Assembly (NCBI GenBank): GCA_965197475.1
Contig: CBDANF010000003.1
Span: 1,408,001 to 1,472,000 of the forward strand
Direction of reading: 5' to 3'
DNA from: Candidatus Poribacteria bacterium
Lineage (GTDB): Bacteria > Poribacteria > WGA-4E > WGA-3G
DNA length: 64,000 nt
Positions 1 through 10,189 of the stretch are shown in pieces. The notes beneath the pieces were generated by a model. That model was not told the DNA's origin. It searched no databases and saw only the letters and a program-made list of their open reading frames with translations. Numbering within the stretch: position 1 is the first letter of the stretch; each line of letters opens with the position of its first letter. The position numbers and the translations under genes were made by a program.

Positions 1-1
1 A

Positions 2-1680
2 AAGTTCGAAGTTCCTGGCTTAGCATCCGTGAAAGCAAACACCGCTGATGCTTCTTTAGAACTTACATCATACGAAACTACTGAAATGTCAGAAACTATC
101 AATAGTCTCACGCTTGAGTTTACAGATGCAACGCGCGTTGACTTCCAAAATACAAGCGTGACATTGACAGGAGCAGACGGGCAAGAGATTCCAGTGACCT
201 TGGAGAACGATGAAGGTTCTCAGTTAGTGGTTCGTTTTGTCTCCTTGACGCAAAGCGGTCTTTACACACTTTCAGTCACGCCACAAGATAAAGCAGGTAA
301 TGTCGCGCAAGGTGCAGTGCCGTATCCGTTTAGGCTAAAATTTGAAGTTCCGGGCTTAGCATCCGTGAAAGCGAACACAACTAAAGCTTCGGTAGCTCTT
401 ATCCAACACGAGATTATTGAGATTTCTGAAACCATCAGTAGTCTCACACTTGAATTCACTGATGCAACACGCATTGACTTCCAAAATACAAGCGTGACGT
501 TAACAGGACCAAACGATCAAGAAATTCCTATCACTTTTGAAGATGATGGTTCTCAGTTGATGGTTCGTTTTGTTTCTTTGACACAAAGCGGACTTTATAC
601 ACTTATCGTTATACCGCAAGATAAAGTAGGCAATGCTGCTCAAGGCGCAGCACTTTATCAGTTCCGACTCCAGTTCAAAGTTCCGGGGTTATCTTCAGTA
701 AAGGCAAACACCGCTGATGCTTCTTTAGAACTTACATCATACGAAACTACTGAAATATCAGAAACTATCAGTAGTCTCACGCTTGAGTTTACAGATGCAA
801 TGCGCGTTGACTTCCAAAATACAAGCGTGGCATTGACAGGTCCAAACGATCAAGAGATTCCGGTGACATTAGAAGATGATGAAGGTTCTCAGTTAGTGGT
901 TCGTTTTGTCTCTTTGACACAAAGCGGTTTATATACACTTTCAGTCACGCCACAAGATAAAGCAGGTAATGTCGCGCAAGGTGCAGTGCCGTATCCGTTT
1001 AGGCTAAAATTTGAAGTTCCGGGCTTAGCATCCGTGAAAGCAAACACCGCTGATGCTTCTTTAGAACTTACATCATACGAAACTACTGAAATATCAGAAA
1101 CTATCAATAGTCTCACGCTTGAGTTTACAGATGCAATGCGCGTTGACTTCCAAAATACAAGCGTGACATTGACAGGAGCAGACGGGCAAGAGATTCCAGT
1201 GACCTTGGAGAACGATGATGATTCTCAGTTAGTGGTTCGTTTTGTCTCCTTGACGCAAAGCGGTCTTTACACACTTGCTGTCACGCCACAAGATATTGCT
1301 GGTAATGTTGCGCAAGGTGCAGTGCCGTATCCGTTTAGGCTAAAATTTGAAGTTCCGGGCTTAGCATCCGTGAAAGCGAACACAACTAAAGCTTCGGTAG
1401 CTCTTATCCAACACGAGATTATTGAGATTTCTGAAACCATCAGTAGTCTCATACTTGAATTCACTGATGCAACGCGCATCAACTTCCAAAATACAAGCGT
1501 GACGTTAACAGGACCAAACGATCAAGAAATTCCTATCACTTTTGAAGATGATGGTTCTCAGTTGATGGTTCGTTTTGTTTCTTTGACACAAAGCGGACTT
1601 TATACACTTATCGTTATACCGCAAGATAAAGCAGGCAATACCGCTCAAAATGCAATTCGATACCAGTTCCGACTTGAGAC
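2..1680 (+). repeat. Intragenic near-identical tandem repeats of about 333-336 bp, order A-B-A-A-B
   Basis: 'ANTADASLELTSYE' units (about 29, 700, 1035) and 'ANTTKASVALIQHE' units (about 365, 1370) repeat almost verbatim at DNA level. Confidence 0.9.
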
Positions 1681-4600
1681 CGCACTCCCAACAGTCAATT
1701 CAATCCTAATTGATGGAAAACCGGGGTCAACTGTTTACGTAAGTAGGTCTATACTTAAAATAGTTGCAACAATTGCTGATTCTATCGGTGTCGGTGTGTC
1801 GTTAGGAGACGGAGGCTCAAATATCGTCGTCACCAATGCTCAAGGTCTTCAGGTGAACGGTGTTACCACCTCCAATGGAACGAATCAATTGACGTGGACA
1901 CCCACACCACTCCCAACAGATGGAAGTGCTGATGGACAATATACAGTTGCTGTCACGCCAGTAGATAAAGCCGGACGCTCTGGCACAGTTGTCAACCGGC
2001 AGTTTATTTATGATACACAAGCACCCCGTATTACAGCTGCTACACCGCTAACAATGCATGCACCTATATCTTATATTGGTGGAGGGTTGAATCAGTTTGT
2101 TCTCACTATTGAAGATGTGGGACCAGCGGGTCTCGTTTTAGCCTCTCAAGTTGTAGTCCTGATGGATGCTACAGGAAAACCTGTTTCCGCCGCAATGACG
2201 TACGATGAACTAACAGACCAACTATATCTAACGCTTTCCAAACCCTTCGCTAACGACGGAAGTGTAGATGGCACTTACACACTAAACGTACTCCTGATTG
2301 ACAAAGCGGGTAATCGCACGAACTCTCGATTCACGTTGGTTTACGATTCTAAAGCCCCGCAAGTATCGTTAGTTCAGGTAAACACTGCAGGGACTCCTAT
2401 GGACCTTGTCCCGAACCAAGTTGCTGAACTCTCTGAATCTATTAGCACTATCACACTTAAGTTTGAAGAATCTACCCGGGTTGACTTTGCAAATACTGCT
2501 TTGTCATTGATCGGGCCCGACGACCAAACAATCCCTCTCACCAGAGAAGATGATGGTGTCTCTCAACTGACATTAAGTTTTGTTGACCTAACACAAAGCG
2601 GTCAGTATACTTTCTCAGTGACACCACAAGATGTCGCAGGGAATGCTGCACAAAGTCCAATAGAATTCTCGTTTAACCTTGAGTTCATCCTACCAACCGT
2701 AGAGTCCGTTATTATCGGAGATACTGTCACGTTGGGAAGTGGAGACATTGCTTATGTCAATGCAGACAACATAGTAATTGCGGCGAACTTACTTGACCCA
2801 GCAAGCACAGGGTTATCTTTTGATAGCACCACGGGATCAGACCTCTTAGTAGCGACCCTTGATGGAATAATTGTTCTGGGGGCTACTGCCACAAATGGAA
2901 CTGACCTAATTATTTGGCGACCATTAACACTTTCCACAGATGGTAGTTCCGACGGTAGATACGCTGTATATGTCACACCTGTTGATAAAAAAGGACGTGA
3001 AGGCAATACTATCTATCGAGAGTTCGTTTTTGATACGCAAGAACCGGAAATAACGGATGCTAATCCGATCAACTTGAGTCAGCCGGTTTCTTATATCAGC
3101 GAGAGTTTAACCCAACTCCAATTCACACTTCAGGACGTTGGTCCAGCAGATTTAACACTTGCTGACCAGAAAGTTAGTCTGCGAAATCAAGGTGGATCTC
3201 TGATTCCCACAAAACTAACGAATGATACGAACAATCAACTCTTCCTCACACTTGATGAACCACTACCGCTTGATGGTAGCAAAGATGGGAAATACACTGT
3301 CGTTATTGCGTTCTCAGACAAAGCGGGAAATGTGCTTTCTGTTGAGCATCCAATAGTATATGACACACAAGCCCCCACACTTGTCAGCACAGTACCCGCT
3401 GACGGTGCCCTACTCACCGAAGACATAACGCAGATACAAGTAAATCTGAATGATAAAGGTGAAAGTGGTATAGACTGGTCGCTCACAACAGTTACGTTAG
3501 TTGATCCAAACGGCGCGGAAATTTCAGGCGAAATTACCAGTAATGGCAAAACGCAGTTGACACTTAACACGAATCAACTTGTGGCAGATGGACGATATGT
3601 TATCCGTGTTCAAGCCATTGACAGAGCAGGGAACGGAAGTCAATCCGTTTTTGAACGTAGTTTCCTACTTTCCAGACGCTTACCCGCCATCATCTCTACC
3701 TCACCGAGTACTGCGCCTAAGGATGAAGCGTTTACAAATGAAAAAGTTGATCAGATTGATGTACTACTTGAGACGATAGATGAACGTCATCTTTCAACAC
3801 TTCGCTTGTTGAATGCTGCGGGTCAAGTTGTCGCGGGACAGCAGTATCGAGAACCAAACAAGTTGATCTATAGATTGGTTCGTCCGCTTGCAACAGATGG
3901 GTCAGAAGATGGTTTATATACTATTGAATTCACGCCAATTAGTGCATCTGGTCGAAGCGGTGCAGTCCAAAAATTAGTTTTCGTCTACGATAGGCAAGTC
4001 CCTGAAATTAATCCTGATGGGATTCACCTCATCGTAGCGGAACCTGAGGTAAATAATTCACTGACTGAAATTCGCGTGGATCTTACCGACAACCAAGCCG
4101 GAATTGACTGGGAAAACCTTGATGAAGAATGGTTGACCTTTGAACAGCTTTCACCTAACGCAACTAAAATTGCTGGGCGGGTGTCTTATGAACAAGACAC
4201 CCTTATCTTCCGACTTACTGTTCCACTCGCGGACAACGGTTCGGCAGATGGGGAATATCAAATTACCGTTAATCCCATAGACAAAGCAGGAAACGGAGAT
4301 GAAACTTACGAAAAGGTATTTACCTACGATGCAAGTCCACCAGTGATTGACCCCAACTCTCTGCTAATTAATGATGCACCACTGCTCACCGATATTGATG
4401 CAGAAGATTACCCAAACGCAATATCAACAACTGGTGGTGTTGTCATCCAAGCAAGTGTCACTGACACAGGGTTAGGTGTTAATCTATCACAGTCGAGGAT
4501 AGTTATCAGAAATCCTAATGGTCAAGAAATTTCCGGCACCACTAGACAGAACGGTGTGGATACCATTAGTTTCAAATCGGATGGTTTGAATATAGAAGGA

Positions 4601-5395
4601 ATCTATCAAGTTACGATTACCGGTACTGGAAATGACTCAGAACTGCTCGGATTCGCACCTAAGGGTTCAATTACAACCGCATTCCTTTATGAAACAACAT
4701 CCCCTACTGCACTTGTAACAAACGATGGCGGGAAAACTGAGCTCACTGATGAAGCACTACCTTTAGAGGGTGCGGCTGCTGACCCGCAAGGCACACGCCG
4801 AGCTGGACCACAACAAGAAGGTGAAATTCCGGTGCCTGCATCTGGCGTATGGTTGGTGGAAATCGTAGGAACCGGTCCTGATGGACAACCTATTGAACCT
4901 GTCCCCACTGAGGATGAAAGCAATGCGCAAGAGCAACCATGGAGCCGCTGGTCAGTAGACTTCCTTCCAGCACGATCAGGTGAATACGATTTGGATCTCC
5001 GTGTCACAGACAAGGCAGGAAACTTCACTGTTTATGATATCGGAGAATATACGATGTCGGTTTCCTTCTCCTTCCGAGGAAAGACTTTCGGATGGCCGAA
5101 CCCATTACGGCATTCGAAAAACGATGTCGCATTCTTTTCCTTTGATCTAAATGCTTCAGCGGACGAGACAGTGGAATTGGTGCTGTATATCTATGACTGG
5201 AGCGGTGACATGGTTTACTCAAAAACATATACAGATATTACACCGGGGCAGCGGAATGATACACAGATTAAATGGAATTTGGAAAACCAAGCTGGAACCC
5301 CAGTAGCGCGCGGCCTTTACGTGTTCCGTTTAGAAGCAGTTAATGGAGCAGGAAATCGCGCCAATGCCGTCGGCAAGATACTTGTCGTTGACTAA
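2..5395 (+). CDS. Giant secreted/surface protein with tandem Ig-like repeats and a C-terminal FlgD-Ig/T9SS-CTD-like domain (5'-partial; the frame is open from the window edge)
   Basis: Frame open from base 2 (KFEVPGLASVK...). About 111-aa repeats ending 'VTPQDKAGN'. C-terminus 'WPNP...LYIYDWSG...WNLENQAGTPVARGLYVFRLEA...KILVVD' is typical of FlgD/CTD sorting domains. Confidence 0.85.
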   Translation, partial: KFEVPGLASVKANTADASLELTSYETTEMSETINSLTLEFTDATRVDFQNTSVTLTGADGQEIPVTLENDEGSQLVVRFVSLTQSGLYTLSVTPQDKAGNVAQGAVPYPFRLKFEVPGLASVKANTTKASVALIQHEIIEISETISSLTLEFTDATRIDFQNTSVTLTGPNDQEIPITFEDDGSQLMVRFVSLTQSGLYTLIVIPQDKVGNAAQGAALYQFRLQFKVPGLSSVKANTADASLELTSYETTEISETISSLTLEFTDAMRVDFQNTSVALTGPNDQEIPVTLEDDEGSQLVVRFVSLTQSGLYTLSVTPQDKAGNVAQGAVPYPFRLKFEVPGLASVKANTADASLELTSYETTEISETINSLTLEFTDAMRVDFQNTSVTLTGADGQEIPVTLENDDDSQLVVRFVSLTQSGLYTLAVTPQDIAGNVAQGAVPYPFRLKFEVPGLASVKANTTKASVALIQHEIIEISETISSLILEFTDATRINFQNTSVTLTGPNDQEIPITFEDDGSQLMVRFVSLTQSGLYTLIVIPQDKAGNTAQNAIRYQFRLETALPTVNSILIDGKPGSTVYVSRSILKIVATIADSIGVGVSLGDGGSNIVVTNAQGLQVNGVTTSNGTNQLTWTPTPLPTDGSADGQYTVAVTPVDKAGRSGTVVNRQFIYDTQAPRITAATPLTMHAPISYIGGGLNQFVLTIEDVGPAGLVLASQVVVLMDATGKPVSAAMTYDELTDQLYLTLSKPFANDGSVDGTYTLNVLLIDKAGNRTNSRFTLVYDSKAPQVSLVQVNTAGTPMDLVPNQVAELSESISTITLKFEESTRVDFANTALSLIGPDDQTIPLTREDDGVSQLTLSFVDLTQSGQYTFSVTPQDVAGNAAQSPIEFSFNLEFILPTVESVIIGDTVTLGSGDIAYVNADNIVIAANLLDPASTGLSFDSTTGSDLLVATLDGIIVLGATATNGTDLIIWRPLTLSTDGSSDGRYAVYVTPVDKKGREGNTIYREFVFDTQEPEITDANPINLSQPVSYISESLTQLQFTLQDVGPADLTLADQKVSLRNQGGSLIPTKLTNDTNNQLFLTLDEPLPLDGSKDGKYTVVIAFSDKAGNVLSVEHPIVYDTQAPTLVSTVPADGALLTEDITQIQVNLNDKGESGIDWSLTTVTLVDPNGAEISGEITSNGKTQLTLNTNQLVADGRYVIRVQAIDRAGNGSQSVFERSFLLSRRLPAIISTSPSTAPKDEAFTNEKVDQIDVLLETIDERHLSTLRLLNAAGQVVAGQQYREPNKLIYRLVRPLATDGSEDGLYTIEFTPISASGRSGAVQKLVFVYDRQVPEINPDGIHLIVAEPEVNNSLTEIRVDLTDNQAGIDWENLDEEWLTFEQLSPNATKIAGRVSYEQDTLIFRLTVPLADNGSADGEYQITVNPIDKAGNGDETYEKVFTYDASPPVIDPNSLLINDAPLLTDIDAEDYPNAISTTGGVVIQASVTDTGLGVNLSQSRIVIRNPNGQEISGTTRQNGVDTISFKSDGLNIEGIYQVTITGTGNDSELLGFAPKGSITTAFLYETTSPTALVTNDGGKTELTDEALPLEGAAADPQGTRRAGPQQEGEIPVPASGVWLVEIVGTGPDGQPIEPVPTEDESNAQEQPWSRWSVDFLPARSGEYDLDLRVTDKAGNFTVYDIGEYTMSVSFSFRGKTFGWPNPLRHSKNDVAFFSFDLNASADETVELVLYIYDWSGDMVYSKTYTDITPGQRNDTQIKWNLENQAGTPVARGLYVFRLEAVNGAGNRANAVGKILVVD

Positions 5396-5432
5396 GGCTT
5401 CAAAAACGGAAAAACCGAAAAGGAGACAAATA

Positions 5433-6404
5433 ATGCACAAAAGTGTAGTTGTAGCAGTTCTAATCATAACCGTACTGTTAACCGTACCCCAAAGTTTCGC
5501 AGTTGATATCCATGACAGCGCAGGCACTGCTGGTGCAGCATTTCTCAAAATTGAACCGGGAAGCAGACCCGTTGGAATGGGCGGTGCTTTCACAGGACTT
5601 GCCAACGATATTAACACTATCTTTTGGAATCCCGCTGGTTTAACTGCTGTCCACACACGAGAACTTACTGCGATGCAACACTTCTCATTTGTTGACATCA
5701 ACAATCAATCAATCGGATACGCGCAGCGCGCGAACCGATTCGTTTGGGGAGCAAGTTTCCTCGGAAGCTTTACTGAAATTGAGCGCAGAATCGGCCCAAC
5801 GGAAACCCCAGATAGCACCGTAACGGTAGGTGGATTTGCTACAGGTTTATCTCTCGCTTACCCACTCGGCACAACCGCTTCAATCGGTGGCACAGCGAAA
5901 TTAATATCACAGCAATTGGACATTCAGAACATCTACGGTGTCGCTGCAGACCTCGGTGTAATCTTACGTCTAATAGACAATCACCTCGGTATCGGAATTA
6001 CTGTGCAAAATGCCGGCGTGTTGAGCGGTGAGGAAAATCTTCCGATGGCACTTCGCGCTGGACTCGCTTACAGAACGTGGAAGCAAGCTAAAGCGGAAGA
6101 AAAAGAAGTGCTGCCGCCGCGTGAACTATGGGCATTCGTCGCTGATGCACATCTCCCACTCATTGACGCACACCCCAGTTTCCATATCGGTATTGAACGG
6201 TGGTTTTATGATATTGTTGCCGCACGCGTCGGTTATCGTATCGGTTTAAACGAAAATCCGAGCGATGGATTATCGATCGGTATCGGTGTACGCCGCGGTG
6301 GGCATGACTCTTTAGCAAATATTGATTTCCAATTCGATTACGCCTTCGTCCCCGATGCGTATGTCGGAAATTCACACAGAATTTCTGTTATCACACGGTT
6401 TTAG
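5433..6404 (+). CDS. PorV/PorQ (UPF0164)-family outer-membrane beta-barrel protein
   Basis: AAGGAG RBS before ATG 5433, a signal peptide, the 'AAFLKIEPGSRPVGMGGAF...FWNPAGL' motif, and C-terminal 'FDYAF...HRISVITRF'. Confidence 0.85.
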   Translation: MHKSVVVAVLIITVLLTVPQSFAVDIHDSAGTAGAAFLKIEPGSRPVGMGGAFTGLANDINTIFWNPAGLTAVHTRELTAMQHFSFVDINNQSIGYAQRANRFVWGASFLGSFTEIERRIGPTETPDSTVTVGGFATGLSLAYPLGTTASIGGTAKLISQQLDIQNIYGVAADLGVILRLIDNHLGIGITVQNAGVLSGEENLPMALRAGLAYRTWKQAKAEEKEVLPPRELWAFVADAHLPLIDAHPSFHIGIERWFYDIVAARVGYRIGLNENPSDGLSIGIGVRRGGHDSLANIDFQFDYAFVPDAYVGNSHRISVITRF

Positions 6405-6454
6405 ACATAGATTGTAGACACAGTTTATTACACCTGCTGTATTACATCAAAAAA

Positions 6455-6481
6455 GTAGGCGCGGTTTAAAACCGTGCCTAC
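6455..6481. repeat. GTAG-type REP-like palindrome, probably acting as terminator between convergent genes
   Basis: GTAGGCGCGGTTTAAAACCGTGCCTAC hairpin. Related copies at 18031, 35262, 44301, 59881, 60097 and 63676. Confidence 0.75.
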
Positions 6482-6527
6482 CAAGGGTTGTTACATATTT
6501 TCAGGTTTACTACAAGCGATTTCGTTT

Positions 6528-7667
6528 CTACCCACTCGCTTCAAGCATGCGTTCAATCGGCAAACGTGCTTTGTCAATCACTTCAGGGTCAAGCGTAACT
6601 TCGTATTCGGTGAGATCCTCACCACTGTCAATTGCTTCTAAGATGTTCGCAATCTTGTCTATTCGTACTTTTGCCATGTGGGAACACCGCACCGAACAGG
6701 CTGTCCAGAATTCTACTTTTGGAAATTCTTGTGACAAATTAGAGGTTAATTCACATTCAGAAGCGATAAACGCGCGTTCTAACTGATCTTCTGCTACGTA
6801 TGCAGCAATATCCTTCATTATTTGACTGGTACTGCCATAAAAATCAGCTTCCTTTAGAACATCCGGTCGGCATTCCCAATGTGCATATAATTTTCGTTTT
6901 GAATGTCCTTTCGGAATCTCAAATGATTCACGTACCGCGAGCAGATCCGAAAGTGTAAATCTCTCGTGAACTTCACAAACCGCACCGCGCGCTGTATTGT
7001 CTTTGCCGGGATAAACAACATTTTTCTCGCCCTTCAACTCTTCTTCTAAATTTTGTGCGAAGAAGATGTCTGGCACGAAAATTACGGTATCACCTGGCAT
7101 GGATTTGGCGATATGTACGGCATTCGCGGACGTGCAGCAGATATCGGATTCCGCTTTAGCATCTGCGTAACTATTGACATAAATCATTACAGGGGCACCG
7201 GGGTAGAGTTCTTTCAGTTCCCTCACATCTTCCGCGCCGAAGTTATCGGCAAGCGAACATCCCGCTGTCTTATCTGCTACTAACACCGTTTTGTCTGGAC
7301 TCAATATTTTCGCCGTTTCTGCCATAAACGGCACACCGTTAAAGATGAGGTGCGGTGCTTCTGTCTTCGCAGCGAACATACTCAGACCAAGCGAGTCACC
7401 TTGTTCCTCTTTTTCGGATAATCCAAAAACTAAAGGCTCCATATAGTTGTGACCTAACATCACAACATCATGCTTTTGTTTCAACGTTCGTATCTTATGT
7501 ATCGTTTTGGCATGTACCTCTATATCAAGAGACGTTAAACTCGGATGATGTCGGTTATATAACTCGTTTTTAACGTCCTCAAATGTCAGTTCCTTACTAT
7601 AATTCTGAGCATTTTCCACTTTGGGAGGTTTTCCCGTAGGATCCATGCTAATCACGCTCCAAGTCAT
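6528..7667 (-). CDS. nadA: Quinolinate synthase A
   Basis: Motifs LGHNYM, GDSL, FMAETAKILSP, AGCSLA, YVNS, CTSAN, CEVH and HWEC. Confidence 0.95.
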   Translation of the reverse strand: MTWSVISMDPTGKPPKVENAQNYSKELTFEDVKNELYNRHHPSLTSLDIEVHAKTIHKIRTLKQKHDVVMLGHNYMEPLVFGLSEKEEQGDSLGLSMFAAKTEAPHLIFNGVPFMAETAKILSPDKTVLVADKTAGCSLADNFGAEDVRELKELYPGAPVMIYVNSYADAKAESDICCTSANAVHIAKSMPGDTVIFVPDIFFAQNLEEELKGEKNVVYPGKDNTARGAVCEVHERFTLSDLLAVRESFEIPKGHSKRKLYAHWECRPDVLKEADFYGSTSQIMKDIAAYVAEDQLERAFIASECELTSNLSQEFPKVEFWTACSVRCSHMAKVRIDKIANILEAIDSGEDLTEYEVTLDPEVIDKARLPIERMLEASG

Positions 7668-7870
7668 TTGCTAATAAAATGGTGAAGGGATTTACCCAAC
7701 ATTACTGTACGCAACCCAAGTATATAACTTGATCCATATCCCAAATTAATGGGTGATACCTACAGAATCCATTTCTTAACGGTCTTCTTTATTCGTACTA
7801 GGATACTCGTAATCTACATTTTTGTCAAGGATAACACACAAAAACGCTAATATTTTGCCAAATTTTTAGT

Positions 7871-8431
7871 ATGAATGTAAAAAAAACGCTTTCTCTTATC
7901 CTTATCGCGTGTTTAATTTGGAATTTGAGTTTATCTGCGGAGGGTTTTTCGGTTAAACTTAGAGGAAAACTTGCCTTAGTTGGAATTCTTTCGGGGGTTG
8001 CATATTTGACACACGTGCTTGTCAAGCGGGACAAGCAGGTTGCGGAAACAATACAGTCACAACTCGGCACTCTTGAAAATATTATAAAAATTGAACGTGG
8101 GTTTAACCAGTGGAACGTTCATTACTACGGTGGACATTCCTATTTTTTCCTAAACAACCGTTTCATAAGGAAAAAGGGCAATAAAGCCTTTTTCCTTAAT
8201 CAAATATCTCCAGGCTTTACGGGGCAAGGTCTTTCAACTTATGATACCTCAAACTTGATCGGGTCATTTTCACCTTTTTTCACCGATACTTCTGTTTCAG
8301 TGAACCCCAGGTGGTTGTCACTTTATCCTTCACATCAACAGATAGTCCTTCCTCCTGCAATTCCCTATCTTCATCCGTTGGAAGACGAACGTTTGTCTGT
8401 CCTGCAGCAACTGCACCTACATTTGAGGTGA
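7871..8431 (+). CDS. Hypothetical exported/membrane protein (3' end uncertain; overlaps a convergent gene)
   Basis: Signal-peptide-like N-terminus plus a TM segment. The last 152 bp overlap the opposite-strand gene. Confidence 0.5.
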   Translation: MNVKKTLSLILIACLIWNLSLSAEGFSVKLRGKLALVGILSGVAYLTHVLVKRDKQVAETIQSQLGTLENIIKIERGFNQWNVHYYGGHSYFFLNNRFIRKKGNKAFFLNQISPGFTGQGLSTYDTSNLIGSFSPFFTDTSVSVNPRWLSLYPSHQQIVLPPAIPYLHPLEDERLSVLQQLHLHLR

Positions 8432-8957
8432 CAAAAATAGCGTCTAACTTCGCGGCATCTTCGCGTACAGCTATGCGCAAAACCGTCTCTCCAGGTTCAT
8501 CAAACTCCCATTCTCTGTCAACGTTTCCGGGATCTAACCAGGAATTAACACGATCCCAGTTCCACGCATTTTTTTCACCGATACTCCAGCGATAGTCAAC
8601 ATTTTGCGTTACTTGGGCATCTTCGTCTGGATCTGCTGGTTGCCACGTCACCCAAAACGAATCGCTATTGCCATCCCAAGCGAAAGCATGACCCCACAGT
8701 GCATATTTTCCCTTTTCAGGGATGTTGATTTTGAATTCTGCCCAACCTTGACCGAGACCGCCTGTTGCGGGTTCACCTTCCATCCAGATGTATTTTCCAT
8801 CAGATGCCAGTTCATCATCTGCAATTACCATCGGTGCCTGAATTGTATTTGCCAACTCCGCTTCAAGTGCGATTTCAACATCAGCTTCAAGTGCCACAGA
8901 TACTAATAAAAACGCTCTAACTATAAGCATTGAAATAATTATACCGTATTTCATCAA
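8280..8957 (-). CDS. Secreted beta-sandwich (CBM-like) protein with a C-terminal 'KVTTTWGSLK' motif
   Basis: Signal peptide, AAAGGAG RBS, 'EAE...G.Y.LWG...DSFWV' carbohydrate-binding-module-like pattern, and the conserved tail. Confidence 0.8.
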   Translation of the reverse strand: MMKYGIIISMLIVRAFLLVSVALEADVEIALEAELANTIQAPMVIADDELASDGKYIWMEGEPATGGLGQGWAEFKINIPEKGKYALWGHAFAWDGNSDSFWVTWQPADPDEDAQVTQNVDYRWSIGEKNAWNWDRVNSWLDPGNVDREWEFDEPGETVLRIAVREDAAKLDAIFVTSNVGAVAAGQTNVRLPTDEDRELQEEGLSVDVKDKVTTTWGSLKQKYR

Positions 8958-9069
8958 AAACTCCTTTCTGTTTAAGATATATCGGGTTTTAGGTAGAGAA
9001 ATTGTGGAAGATTATCTCTACCTAAAGAAGGATTCAATCGTTCCTACCAAATAGGACTAACTAAGTTAA

Positions 9070-9320
9070 CTATCTTTGTGCTTTGATATTTTCCCACGTT
9101 GTTGTTAGTTTATCTTGTGGTTCAACAGGGGTTATTATAATGTCTTCGGGCCCAGGGTTACGCGGGCTGACTTCTGCCTCATCTTCCGAGAGATTGTCGG
9201 TGATAAAGATAACATCTAACTTAGCCGCATCCTCTCAAACAGCAACATGTAAGGTTGTTTCCCCAGGTTTATCAAATTGCCACTCTCGTTCAAAGGTTCC
9301 ACCATCTAACCTTGGTGGCA
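9070..9320 (-). pseudogene. 3' remnant of a paralog of 8280..8957 with an in-frame TGA
   Basis: Reads ...FEREWQFDKPGETTLHVAV*EDAAKLDVIFITD...VEPQDKLTTTWENIKAQR*. The paralog has 'IAVREDAAKLD'. The N-terminal part is missing. Confidence 0.8.
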
Positions 9321-9462
9321 ATTCACAGCGAAAAGCATTGAGCAGAAGATAAGCAACTATCGGAGAATTGAATGGTCCAGAGTTTTCTGGTAGAAAATTG
9401 TATGCCCAATTCTATAGGAGGATTCCGCACTGAATAGTGCAATTCTTTCGTCCCACCCGGGA

Positions 9463-9900
9463 TTATTTTGCTTTACGAAGGATCACTTTACTCGGACTTC
9501 CCAAATTCAAGGTTTCAGCGAGGTTGCCGCGGTTAATCGCAATCTTGAACCGTTTCGTGGAGGTTGAAAATCTACCCAAGTATTCACCTTCTGGAACATC
9601 ACTATAGTTTTCAACGAACCTAATGTTAATTGTTTGTCCCATTGCAAAAGTTGCCTCAAGTCTATCTCCGAGTTGCCAACCGCGTTCTGTAAAAGCATTT
9701 ATAAATAGATCGGTAACACCATTTCCGTGGTCATCAATTTCAGTAATAGTAGCGGATATCTGCGTCAGGTTAACGTTTTCCTGCACACCCGCTTTCCCAC
9801 TGCATCCTGTCAACGATACTATTGTCAAAATTAAACACGCTATTGTCAACAACCAAAAAGATATACGACAATTATAGTAGAATGTCACAGATGCCTCCAT
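9463..9900 (-). CDS. Lipoprotein with a stand-alone SAM hydroxide adenosyltransferase (DUF62) C-terminal-like domain
   Basis: Lipobox LTGC. 'IDDHGNGVTD...YSDVPEGEYL...KIAINRGNLAETL' matches the SAM_HAT_C pattern. Confidence 0.7.
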   Translation of the reverse strand: MEASVTFYYNCRISFWLLTIACLILTIVSLTGCSGKAGVQENVNLTQISATITEIDDHGNGVTDLFINAFTERGWQLGDRLEATFAMGQTINIRFVENYSDVPEGEYLGRFSTSTKRFKIAINRGNLAETLNLGSPSKVILRKAK

Positions 9901-10189
9901 TTATGTCGTTGAATTTGGAAATCGTCCGGGAACTACAGTTTGAAATAATTATGGATTTACTAAAAAGTATCGCAATGAGTAGTTTTGGACTTGAGAAAAA
10001 TTTTAAAAAATCGCTATAAAGCCTTGTGTCCACTGGGTTTATATGGTATAATATAGATAAGAAAATAGGGGGTTGGTAGCCCCCTAAATGAACACAAAAA
10101 GCGAGTTGCTTTTTGACGGTTCTAATCTTATCTGGTATTATATCAGAAATCCGTCAGAAAAAGCAACTCCTATTTCAAGGAGTTATCTG

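Noticed and set aside
2-1680. Regularly spaced repeats as a possible CRISPR array
   Set aside because: The units are about 335 bp, in-frame coding repeats with no unique spacers, and there are no cas genes.
7668-7870. NAD-sensing riboswitch upstream of nadA
   Set aside because: Only weak short stems are present; no consensus could be recognised without a covariance search.
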